DNA of 41,215 nucleotides, from positions 1-41,215 of IMG/VR virus record IMGVR_UViG_3300030334_000023; one strand, given 5' to 3'. Position 1 is the first letter of the stretch. Every line of letters starts with the position of its first letter. The position numbers and the translations under genes were made by a program. The stretch comes from a virus. Lineage: Duplodnaviria > Caudoviricetes. Below the pieces are notes generated by a model. That model was not told the DNA's origin. It saw only the letters and a list, made by a program, of their open reading frames with translations, and searched no databases. This document shows positions 25,950 to 33,918 of the stretch, piece after piece.

Positions 25950-26291
25950 GTCGATCAGCGCCAGCCACTCGGCGCGGTCGCACTCCGCAATATAGCCGCG
26001 CTCTAGCGCCTCGCTGACTTCGCGCTCAACAATGATGCGGTCGCGCTCGGGAAGTCGATCCCATTCGGCAGCAAGCCAAGACGCACACGCGCTAGACATG
26101 TATGTGTTGCGCGTCAGGCTGTACCGAAATGCGGCGACGACCATAAGTCCCATGCTATCCAGTTGCGGAGCCGATGCCAGGGTGCGCAGCCCTTCGCTGG
26201 CGTTACCTTTTCCGACCTCGCGCAGGCGGGCATAATCGGCGTCGGTTATGGTTAGGTTGCGGCGTTTGGCTGACCCTGCATTTTTACGCAT
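25920..26291 (-). CDS. protein with N-terminal ribbon-helix-helix-like segment
   Basis: RRNLTITDADYARLREVGKGNASEGLR followed by an AFRYSLTRNTY helical module. Confidence 0.6.
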   Translation of the reverse strand: MRKNAGSAKRRNLTITDADYARLREVGKGNASEGLRTLASAPQLDSMGLMVVAAFRYSLTRNTYMSSACASWLAAEWDRLPERDRIIVEREVSEALERGYIAECDRAEWLALIDQTNGTRQPA

Positions 26292-26484
26292 TCAACTTTC
26301 CGCCATAGTAAGTTTCAGCGACCTCGTAAACGCCGGCGCGGTAAGATTCCGGAGTGTGGTATATAAGCAAAAATCCTGCATCCCACCCATCAAACAGCAC
26401 ATGATCGACGTTTGGGCGCGGATCGCCCGTCTTGAATATCCTATCAAGCTCTACCGCCGCCTCCTGCATTGTCATTTTCTTCAT
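26284..26484 (-). CDS. hypothetical protein
   Basis: ATG at 26484 with ATGA overlap. Confidence 0.6.
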   Translation of the reverse strand: MKKMTMQEAAVELDRIFKTGDPRPNVDHVLFDGWDAGFLLIYHTPESYRAGVYEVAETYYGGKLNA

Positions 26485-27158
26485 AGTATCGCTCCCCACT
26501 GATCGCCCATCGCAGCCGCAATTCCTGGATATGTCTTGGAGCGCTCAAGCCAGCGATCATCAGACGGACTCAGTCGGTTCTGGCCGCTGTCGGTTTGGTT
26601 GGCCCAGCGCGGGCGGCCATTAACCATGCGCGGCGCAACCTGCTTAGCCGGATCAAGTGCCAGCTTCGGCAGCCCGCGCGTCAGCCATAGGCCGGTTGCC
26701 TTGCTTGCGTCGTCTCCGAACTGGTGCGGATGGATAACTTGGTCAGGCCCGCGTATCGCCTTGTTGATGAATGACAAGGCAGGGTTCTCGATAGCGACCG
26801 GGAATGGCAGATCCAGCAACGCGCGGAAGTTCTCCAGCTCGATATCTCTTGCAGCCCTGCGATCTTCGCCAACGAGCGTCCCTGGCTTTACTCGCTGGTG
26901 ATAGCCGACGCCCGGGTACTTATCGTAGTCCGGGTCGGCGTATGCCCACGCAGCGCTTACCGTCAGATACGTGCACATCGGATGCAGAATAGCCAGATCC
27001 CACTTATTGCCCATCACCTCCCACACGTCGCACTGATGATGCTTGCGCGAAAAGTCACGCGCCGGTAGCAGGTCGCACGTCCACACGTCATGGCCGTGCT
27101 TCTCGAATGCTGCTCGCGTCAATGGGCAGCACGAGTAGCCGATTAGGATGTTAGCCAT
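26481..27158 (-). CDS. short DNA cytosine methyltransferase-like protein
   Basis: GHDVWTCDLLP, HPMCTYL (motif IV-like), IENP (motif VI), KATGLW, RSKTYPGIAAAMGDQWG. Confidence 0.7.
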   Translation of the reverse strand: MANILIGYSCCPLTRAAFEKHGHDVWTCDLLPARDFSRKHHQCDVWEVMGNKWDLAILHPMCTYLTVSAAWAYADPDYDKYPGVGYHQRVKPGTLVGEDRRAARDIELENFRALLDLPFPVAIENPALSFINKAIRGPDQVIHPHQFGDDASKATGLWLTRGLPKLALDPAKQVAPRMVNGRPRWANQTDSGQNRLSPSDDRWLERSKTYPGIAAAMGDQWGAIL

Positions 27159-27307
27159 CAGATTTCACCAATCATGCGGACGATCTCCGCTTTCAGCTTT
27201 GCGTCTTCACAAGAGGCAAGGAACTCGTGAAACTCAACCACTTTCGGTTCATCCATTTCGGTCAGTCCGGTAATGAGCTGGTCAATCCACTGTTGCGCTG
27301 TTTTCAT
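27158..27307 (-). CDS. 49-aa first gene of the leftward early operon (below cutoff)
   Basis: MKTAQQWIDQLITGLTEMDEPKVVEFHEFLASCEDAKLKAEIVRMIGEI; GGAG RBS; TGATG overlap with the methyltransferase. Confidence 0.7.
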   Translation of the reverse strand: MKTAQQWIDQLITGLTEMDEPKVVEFHEFLASCEDAKLKAEIVRMIGEI

Positions 27308-27341
27308 TTCGTGTCACTCCATCCTCGTTGTGTATGGCTCA

Positions 27342-27383
27342 AGTATACACACCTTTTCGCCATTACAGATGACCGTTCGTCGC
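27342..27383 (-). promoter_or_regulatory. AlgR-like box promoter (copy 5), main leftward early promoter
   Basis: GCGACGAACGGTCA, 22 nt, TATACT. Confidence 0.75.
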
Positions 27384-27429
27384 CTTCTCGCGTTAGGGTG
27401 TACGGGTTGGCGAGTAGGATATGCATATT

Positions 27430-27722
27430 CTGCGTCAGGATTTGCATTAGAAAACAGGCTGCATTGCCCGGAATAGAGCGGCTAAACCGGTAAAATATCA
27501 AATTAGGATTTTCGTAGCGTATAAACAAATAAAAACACCCCTACCGAAAAAGGGAAACAGATCAGTATATGCAGACTTACTTATATACTTTTTTCGCGCT
27601 TTTGTAGTAAGTAAGTATTAAGTAATTCTATATTTAGTATTTTACTAAGTAAAACCCCTCTAGCACGGGGCTTTCAGACCTTTTTCAGGATAATTTACGT
27701 GCGAATACTGAGAATCCTGAAA
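27430..27722. other. putative replication origin
   Basis: Non-coding, very AT-rich core 27575-27655 with inverted ACTTACTTA/TAAGTAAGT and palindrome TTTTACT-A-AGTAAAA; flanking T(C/T)AGGAT repeats; at the strand switch next to primase. Confidence 0.6.
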
Positions 27723-27725
27723 CGC

Positions 27726-27754
27726 TTTACACATCGCAGCCCTTGGGCTAGTAT
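27726..27754 (+). promoter_or_regulatory. sigma70-like promoter of the replication operon
   Basis: TTTACA-17 nt-TAGTAT. Confidence 0.6.
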
Positions 27755-27760
27755 TTCCTG

Positions 27761-27901
27761 CAAGGCCGTGGAACGCCTTATGAAACCAGAAGCCGGGCCA
27801 GTCCCATGCAGACAGCGTACGTTTCCTTCGACCTCCGCCTCCCGGCACCTGGTGGGTCGTTTGGAAGTTCCACCGTGCGCTGCCTACATGGGATTTTTTT
27901 T
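27761..27901 (+). ncRNA. structured leader / attenuator
   Basis: 20-bp imperfect stem 27802-27821/27874-27893 followed by T8; alternative pairings available. Confidence 0.5.
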
Positions 27902-27909
27902 GGGTGTCA

Positions 27910-28266
27910 ATGATGCATTTGATAGACGAAAAGCACGAGCACGAGGCGAATGCAGCCGGGCTGCGAATTGTCGGGAGCAGCGAGCGCACAGGGTATTATC
28001 TTTACCAGTTCATAAAGTGCGGTCATGTCGCGGAAAAAAGCGCGTGCGGCGTGAGAAGAAAAAGCGTTGCGTGCAAACAGTGTTCTTTTGAGCGACACGA
28101 GAAAGACGCCAGAGATCGCGGCCTTATCCTGATCGAGCGCAGCAAAAAGCCGGGTTACTGGAAGTACAGATGGATGTCGTGCAGGCATGTAGGGCACTAC
28201 ACGCCGCAAAACCTGCGACACAACAAAACCACCTGCCAAAAATGTGCGGACCTAGGAATTTACTGA
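27910..28266 (+). CDS. tandem zinc-ribbon protein
   Basis: Two repeats of GL.(I/L)...Y..Y....C.H......CxxC. Confidence 0.7.
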   Translation: MMHLIDEKHEHEANAAGLRIVGSSERTGYYLYQFIKCGHVAEKSACGVRRKSVACKQCSFERHEKDARDRGLILIERSKKPGYWKYRWMSCRHVGHYTPQNLRHNKTTCQKCADLGIY

Positions 28267-28267
28267 C

Positions 28268-30625
28268 ATGACAATCGACTACACCGACGAACTAGACGCC
28301 GGATGGATCATCTTTCCGCTGCACCGCATCGAGCGCACACAGAGCGGCGTGCGCTGCGGCTGTGGCGACGATGATTGCCAAGCCATAGGCAAGCACCCGC
28401 GCGCATCGAACTGGCAGCACACGCAGCCATACGAGCAGGATCAGCTGGATTATCTGGAAGACTTCGATGATGAGTTCTTTGGAAACCAGCTGATCGACAA
28501 TCACGGCGTTGTTGTCGCCTCAAGCGGACTGATCATTGTCGACGTTGACGGGCGCAACGGCGGCTTTGATTCTGCCGCCAAGCTGGCGCATATAAGGGAG
28601 CAGGCGCGCTACATTGTCCGCACCGGCTCAGGCAACGGCGAGCACTGGTACTTCACAATTCCTGCCGAGTGGGTTGGAAAGTCGCTATCCGGCACGCTGC
28701 GTGATTACCCAGGTATTGACTTTAAGAGCACGGGGTTTGTTGTGGGTGCTGGCTGTGAGCACGCCAGCGGGCAGCGCTATGAAGCGATACTGGGGTCGCC
28801 CGCCGAGGCGAGCGAAGCGCCCGCCGATCTAATGGACCTGCTGAATCGCCCAGAGCGGGCGCGCTTTGTGATGAACGGCACGACCACCGACTACAGCACA
28901 GACGACCTGCGCAGCATGGTCGAGGCGATACCGAATAGGGCAAAAGACTACGAGCGCTGGATTCGCGTCGGCATGGCTCTGCATGATGCAACAGGCGGCA
29001 GCGGCGAAGGCTTCGATATGTGGCACGAATGGTCCGCCAAGTGCCCAGATCATGACCCGTCATTCATGGACAAGAAGTGGCACAGCTTCGGCAAGTCCGC
29101 ATTGCGGGCAACGGTCGGCACGCTGATCGAATGGGCGCGCGAATCGGGATGGTCTGCACCAGTAACGTTTACCGATAACACCGACTGGGATGAGGTGCCA
29201 GCTGCGCCGGTCGCTGCGCCTAAATACGATCTGTTGAGACCGCCCGGACTGGTCGGGCAAATATGCCAATGGATTAACAGCCGATGTGCTCACCCGCGCG
29301 AGCAGCTGGCAGTTGCTGCGGCGCTCCAGATCGTGAGCAACGCGGCTGGACTGAATTACCTTGTGGCCGGACGCAACACCAGCCTTAACCTAATGTCGTT
29401 TGCGATTGCGGGCAGTCGGTCAGGTAAAGGACCGATCAAGGCGTGCATCAACGAGGCGAACAGGGCGCTTGGCCTGTCTCCAGCCGAGCACGGAAAATTC
29501 AAGTCGAGCCAGGAGCTGGTACGCAACGCCATTCAGCACCAGATCATCATCTATACCTACGATGAATTTGGCGAGCAGCTGAAAAAGGTAAGCGGCGCGG
29601 CGCGAAGTGGTGCGCACTACCTGGAAGACTTGACCGCCGAGCTTATCGCCATGTACTCGGTCGCTACCGGCGTGCATAACGTATCGGGTGACGTTAAGCG
29701 TGAGATTGTCGAGCGCATGGACAAGCAGCTGTCAGCCGCAATCAAGAAAGAGGGACTCGAAGATGGCGAAAGCCCTGCCGACTTTGCGAAGGCGCACCCA
29801 GATAGCGCGGTAGCGAAGGCGCTGGCGGATCGTAGCCGGGCAGAATACGGAATTGTTGAGCCTTACCTGACCTTCTTCGGCATGAGTGAGCCAACATCAT
29901 TCCACGAGGCAATCGGCGCTAACCGCTCTTTGCTGACTGGCGGCTTTCTTGGGCGCTCGCTGATCTTCGAAGAGCTGGAGACGGTACCAGAGGAAAAAGA
30001 CCCGTCAGAGGTCTATCACGGGCCGATGCCTGACGGCGTAATGATGCGCCTGATGGCGCTTTCTGGAGCAGGCAGTGCAGATGCACGAAAAGGCGAGCGC
30101 ATTGAGCGGCAAGGTGATTGGCAATACATCGACTGGTCGCCAGAGGCTGAAAAAATGTTGCGCGGTGTTCGACAGTATTGGCGAGACGTTGCATTGCATG
30201 AGCGCGACACAGGGTCAGGTCTTGAGAGCCAGGCTCTTGGCGCGACTGAGCTTGCTATCAAGGTGGCCGGTATTCTGGGCGCTGGCGCGGGCACGATCAG
30301 CAGCCAAGATATCGGGTGGGCGCACGAGCTTATAAAGCGCATCACGCACATGAAGATCAACAAGGCCAAGTCTGGCGACAGCATGGAATCGGCAGACGCT
30401 GGAGAAAAGGGTAACGGCCTGCTTCTGGGCATCATGACTGCGCTTGAGAATGCGGGCGGAGAAATGACGCCGGGCGTTCTAAAGCAGCGAGTACCGGGCG
30501 GCAAGAAGGTTGGTGATGTCGGCATACAGAAAGCGCTTGATTATCTGGTAGAGCGCGGGCGCATCAGCTGCGATAAACGGAAAGGCGGCAATGGTCGCAT
30601 TTTTTCCTATTATTCTATTGTATAA
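28268..30625 (+). CDS. primase-polymerase with PriCT-2 and C-terminal helicase-like domain
   Basis: GWIIFPL..C.C..C..GKHP, IVDVDGRNGG, TGSGNGEHWYF; YERWIRVGMALH..W..WS; AGSRSGKG P-loop; YDEFG. Confidence 0.9.
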   Translation: MTIDYTDELDAGWIIFPLHRIERTQSGVRCGCGDDDCQAIGKHPRASNWQHTQPYEQDQLDYLEDFDDEFFGNQLIDNHGVVVASSGLIIVDVDGRNGGFDSAAKLAHIREQARYIVRTGSGNGEHWYFTIPAEWVGKSLSGTLRDYPGIDFKSTGFVVGAGCEHASGQRYEAILGSPAEASEAPADLMDLLNRPERARFVMNGTTTDYSTDDLRSMVEAIPNRAKDYERWIRVGMALHDATGGSGEGFDMWHEWSAKCPDHDPSFMDKKWHSFGKSALRATVGTLIEWARESGWSAPVTFTDNTDWDEVPAAPVAAPKYDLLRPPGLVGQICQWINSRCAHPREQLAVAAALQIVSNAAGLNYLVAGRNTSLNLMSFAIAGSRSGKGPIKACINEANRALGLSPAEHGKFKSSQELVRNAIQHQIIIYTYDEFGEQLKKVSGAARSGAHYLEDLTAELIAMYSVATGVHNVSGDVKREIVERMDKQLSAAIKKEGLEDGESPADFAKAHPDSAVAKALADRSRAEYGIVEPYLTFFGMSEPTSFHEAIGANRSLLTGGFLGRSLIFEELETVPEEKDPSEVYHGPMPDGVMMRLMALSGAGSADARKGERIERQGDWQYIDWSPEAEKMLRGVRQYWRDVALHERDTGSGLESQALGATELAIKVAGILGAGAGTISSQDIGWAHELIKRITHMKINKAKSGDSMESADAGEKGNGLLLGIMTALENAGGEMTPGVLKQRVPGGKKVGDVGIQKALDYLVERGRISCDKRKGGNGRIFSYYSIV

Positions 30626-30678
30626 GTATCAGCGCAGTGCTAATCTTTTGCTGTCACTAATACAAAAGAGGATTAACG

Positions 30679-30870
30679 ATGCTTGACGAACTGGTGGCGG
30701 AATTGCGAAAGCATGACCGCGCTGAAATCGCGTTCAAATCGGGAGTGTCGATTAGCGCGATCAATGGCCTGCTTTGCGGTGCCAACAAAAACCCGAAGCT
30801 AGCAACCATCGAAGCCCTGCAAAAGTTTCTGGAGGAAAAGCAGAATGAGCTATCTGGCAAAGGCCGCTAA
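30679..30870 (+). CDS. small XRE/Cro-type HTH protein
   Basis: EIAFKSGVSISAINGL..NKNPKLATIEAL; GAGG RBS. Confidence 0.85.
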   Translation: MLDELVAELRKHDRAEIAFKSGVSISAINGLLCGANKNPKLATIEALQKFLEEKQNELSGKGR

Positions 30871-31693
30871 GCCTAAATCCAAGCCGCCGATGATTACCAT
30901 TGTCGGGTCGCCCGGCACCGGCAAGACGTCACTTGGCGCGATGTTCCCTAATTCCATCATGATGATGGCCGAAGACGGCGCGTCCGTTTTCGACAACTGG
31001 GACGACGACGCCAAGCCCGCGGTGATGCCGCGCCTGCCGAAGGCCTCAAAAGACGAGGTAGGAAATATGCGCAGCACCCGTGAAACCCTGATGGGCATCA
31101 TGGACGAGCTGCTGAATACCGATCACGGCTTTACCACGCTGGTGGTCGACAGCATCACATCGCTGGACATGCTGCTGTGCCACGAAATCGCACTGCGCGA
31201 CGGCGTGAACACGGTTGCGGATGCGTCTGGCGGGTTCCACAAGGGCTACACCGAGGTGGCGAGCTGGCACGCTGAGTTTGTGTACAAGTGCGAGCAGCTG
31301 CGCGCCGTTAAGAAGATGGGCATTGTTTTCTTGGCGCACACCGGCATCAAGAAGATCCGCAACCGCCCGGACAGCGCCGCCGACTACTCTGTGTTCAGTA
31401 TGGATATGGATAACCAAGCCCTGAGCATTTACACCAGCCAATGCGATGCTGTGCTGTACCTTGTCAAAGAGGAATTTGTGCAAGGTGCCGAGACCAACCG
31501 CAAAGGCCAGACCACCAAATACGGTCGCCTGATGCAAACCGGCGAGCGCAAGCTGATCACAACAGGCGACGGCCAAGTTGGCTACATCAACGCCAAAAAC
31601 CGCTACAACATGCCTGCTGAAATCCCGGTCGAGCAAGGTAGCAACCCGATCCTACAGTACGTGAAATTCTACAACAGCGAGGTAGCACAATGA
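30845..31693 (+). CDS. Sak4-like (AAA_24) ATPase / single-strand annealing protein
   Basis: GSPGTGKTS, LVVDSIT, IVFLAH, AKNR motifs; adjacent to SSB. Confidence 0.85.
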   Translation: MSYLAKAAKPKSKPPMITIVGSPGTGKTSLGAMFPNSIMMMAEDGASVFDNWDDDAKPAVMPRLPKASKDEVGNMRSTRETLMGIMDELLNTDHGFTTLVVDSITSLDMLLCHEIALRDGVNTVADASGGFHKGYTEVASWHAEFVYKCEQLRAVKKMGIVFLAHTGIKKIRNRPDSAADYSVFSMDMDNQALSIYTSQCDAVLYLVKEEFVQGAETNRKGQTTKYGRLMQTGERKLITTGDGQVGYINAKNRYNMPAEIPVEQGSNPILQYVKFYNSEVAQ

Positions 31694-32298
31694 GCTTTTG
31701 GCAAACAAGCGACGGGCAGAGCGCCCAGCAGCAAAACGGCAGCTTTGAAATGGGCGGCGATGCTCTTGCGCCTATCCCGGACGGAACCAGCGTTCTCGCT
31801 GTCGCAGAGGAAGCGAAGAACACAGACTTTGATGGCAGCAGCTACATCAATATCAAGTGGCGCATCAGCAAGCCCGCCGAGTACGGCAACCGCGTAATCT
31901 TCCAGAAGGTTTATGTCTATACGCCGGAAAAGGCCGACAAGGCCAAGAAGATGCTTGCGGCTATCGCGTCGAACGCTGGTGGCGGGCTGTTTTCGGCAAT
32001 GGAGCAGCGCGGCGAGAACATGCCAAGCGATATGAGCCTGGCGCAACTGTGCAACCGCCCTATGGTTTTGAAGCTGTCAACTTGGACTATCGACAAGGAC
32101 AAGGCCGGGAACGCACTACCGAAAGAGCAGCACAAGCACGGCAACTGGGTCCAAGCCGTTTCGCCTGCCAAGTCGCAGGCTGCTTCACCGGCTAAGGCTC
32201 CTACACCGCCACCCGCTCCGGCACCTGCGGCTGACAGCTTCGACGACGATATACCATTTGCCAACCCGTACCGTGGCGTACGCGCACTGCTGGTATAA
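31690..32298 (+). CDS. single-stranded DNA-binding protein (DUF669-like)
   Basis: PIPDGT, INIKWRI, YGNRVIFQK; Pro/Ala linker and acidic FDDDIPF tail. Confidence 0.8.
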   Translation: MSFWQTSDGQSAQQQNGSFEMGGDALAPIPDGTSVLAVAEEAKNTDFDGSSYINIKWRISKPAEYGNRVIFQKVYVYTPEKADKAKKMLAAIASNAGGGLFSAMEQRGENMPSDMSLAQLCNRPMVLKLSTWTIDKDKAGNALPKEQHKHGNWVQAVSPAKSQAASPAKAPTPPPAPAPAADSFDDDIPFANPYRGVRALLV

Positions 32299-32308
32299 CT
32301 CACCACAA

Positions 32309-32327
32309 GCCCGGCCAAGTGCCGGGC
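32309..32327 (+). terminator. hairpin after SSB (terminator-like, poor U-tract)
   Basis: GCCCGGC-CAAGT-GCCGGGC; same loop as the 22387 terminator. Confidence 0.45.
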
Positions 32328-32330
32328 ATG

Positions 32331-32359
32331 TTGACAATGTAACGCAACTGAGGTACATT
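32331..32359 (+). promoter_or_regulatory. strong sigma70 promoter of the HNH insert
   Basis: TTGACA-17 nt-TACATT. Confidence 0.75.
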
Positions 32360-32365
32360 GAGGGC

Positions 32366-32563
32366 ATGTCTATAGAAAAACGGGAATGCCATGAATGCGG
32401 AAAAGAGTTCTTTGGTACATCAAGGGCCAAGTTCTGCGGTGGAACTTGCAGGCAAAGAAGCAGAAGGAAACAAAAACGAGATAGAGCTAATAAGAAAGAG
32501 TCTTTCTTACTGCCCGGAAACGGGAATATTCAAATGGAAGTCAGTCAACAAGAATCACAATGA
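32366..32563 (+). CDS. zinc-finger protein overlapping the HNH gene
   Basis: MSIEKRECHECGKEFFGTSRAKFCGGTCRQRSRRK; ATG at the predicted +1. Confidence 0.55.
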   Translation: MSIEKRECHECGKEFFGTSRAKFCGGTCRQRSRRKQKRDRANKKESFLLPGNGNIQMEVSQQESQ

Positions 32564-32957
32564 AAAACATGGAAAGGTTGCTGGAACGAAAAAGGGACGC
32601 TATGTAAGTATCACGCTAGCTGGGAAAAGACATAGAGCGCACAGGCTAGCTTGGCTCATTACATTCGGGTACTGGCCTATTCTAGTTGATCACATAAATG
32701 GCGATGGTCGTGACAATAGAATAGAGAACTTGAGAAACACAACCTCAAGTGTAAATGCTCAAAATCACACAAGAGTAAAGAGCAAGAAAAAAGATTTACC
32801 GGTTGGCGTAAAGCTATTGGCCAGCGGAAACTATCAGGCTCGCGCAACAGCAGGCGGTAAATGTTACGCGCTAGGGTCTTACAAAACCAAACAAGAGGCG
32901 CACGATGTTTATGTCAGATTCACGGAAAGATTTCACAACAACCCAGCGGTCTGCTGA
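32391..32957 (+). CDS. HNH homing endonuclease with AP2-like C-terminus
   Basis: YCPETGIF.W, AHRLAW, VDHINGDGRDNRIENLR, GV..Y.AR..LGSY.T..EA; AT-rich. Confidence 0.9.
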   Translation: MNAEKSSLVHQGPSSAVELAGKEAEGNKNEIELIRKSLSYCPETGIFKWKSVNKNHNEKHGKVAGTKKGRYVSITLAGKRHRAHRLAWLITFGYWPILVDHINGDGRDNRIENLRNTTSSVNAQNHTRVKSKKKDLPVGVKLLASGNYQARATAGGKCYALGSYKTKQEAHDVYVRFTERFHNNPAVC

Positions 32958-33828
32958 ATGGTTTGAGAAACGCAAAGGCCGCATTACCGGCAGCCGCGTT
33001 GGCGCAATTCTCGGACTGTCGCCTTGGCAGAAGCCTGCGGACATTTTGCGCGCAATGGTGCGCGAGTATCACGGCGCAGAATCAGAGTTCAAGGGAAACC
33101 CGGCTACCGAGCACGGAACCAACAACGAACAGCGCGCCCTGCTGGCATTCATGCGAGAAACCGGCCTGCAAGTCGAGCAGTGCGGATTTTTCCCGTACGG
33201 CGACCGCATGGGTGCATCGCCTGATGGTTTGACGGATGACGGCGGCGTGCTTGAGCTGAAAGTGCCTTTCGGCTTGCGCAACGATGCCGAGGCGAGCTTT
33301 AAGCCTTTGGCGGATCAGCCGCACTATGCGGCTCAGGTCCAGATGGAAATGCTGGCTGCCGGTTGCGAGCACGCCTATTTTGCCCAGTACGTCGCGCCAA
33401 AGGGAGATCCTCTGTCGCATGACTACGTGCCGGAGCAGATCAAGATTGAGCGCGTCGAACTTGACCCCGAATGGATTGACAGAAACCTTCCAGCAATCAG
33501 CGCATTTTATGAGCTTTACCTGAGCGAGCTGGACAACCCAGAGCACCTGGAGCCGCTGCGATCTGTCATCGAGTCGCCAGAGGCTGTCGGAATGTTGGGC
33601 GAGCTTGACGCGCTCCGCCAGCGCCAGAAGGATGACGCGGCGCGAGAAAAGGCGATCATTGCCGAGCTTATCGAGCTTGCCGGTAGTCAGGACGCACTGA
33701 TTCACGGTCGCAAGCTGACCCAGGTTGAGCGAAAAGGCAATGTGCAGTACGCCAAGGTGCCTGAGCTGAAAGGCGTAGACCTTGAGCCGTATCGAGCCAA
33801 GTCGTCTGTGTTCTGGAAGATGTCGTGA
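32905..33828 (+). CDS. YqaJ/lambda-exonuclease family nuclease
   Basis: QRSAEWF..RKGRITGS, GASPDGL, LELKVP, YAAQVQ. Confidence 0.9.
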   Translation: MFMSDSRKDFTTTQRSAEWFEKRKGRITGSRVGAILGLSPWQKPADILRAMVREYHGAESEFKGNPATEHGTNNEQRALLAFMRETGLQVEQCGFFPYGDRMGASPDGLTDDGGVLELKVPFGLRNDAEASFKPLADQPHYAAQVQMEMLAAGCEHAYFAQYVAPKGDPLSHDYVPEQIKIERVELDPEWIDRNLPAISAFYELYLSELDNPEHLEPLRSVIESPEAVGMLGELDALRQRQKDDAAREKAIIAELIELAGSQDALIHGRKLTQVERKGNVQYAKVPELKGVDLEPYRAKSSVFWKMS

Positions 33829-33918
33829 TATAATATTTGCGCGCGGATAGGGTGGCCACCCGAAAGCATCTAGTCAATGTTTCCGCGCCTTCCTGACCAC
33901 CTTTGACCGGGGATCAAA
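33826..33918 (+). ncRNA. extended -10 promoter plus three-way-junction leader of the helicase gene
   Basis: TGATATAAT at 33826-33834; outer stem GCGCGGA/TCCGCGC; hairpins GGGT-GGCC-ACCC and AAGCA-TCTAGTCAA-TGTTT. Confidence 0.6.

Noticed and set aside
30679-30870. XRE protein as a lysogeny repressor
   Set aside because: 63 aa, no peptidase domain, co-oriented within the replication operon, no divergent cro/cI pair or integrase
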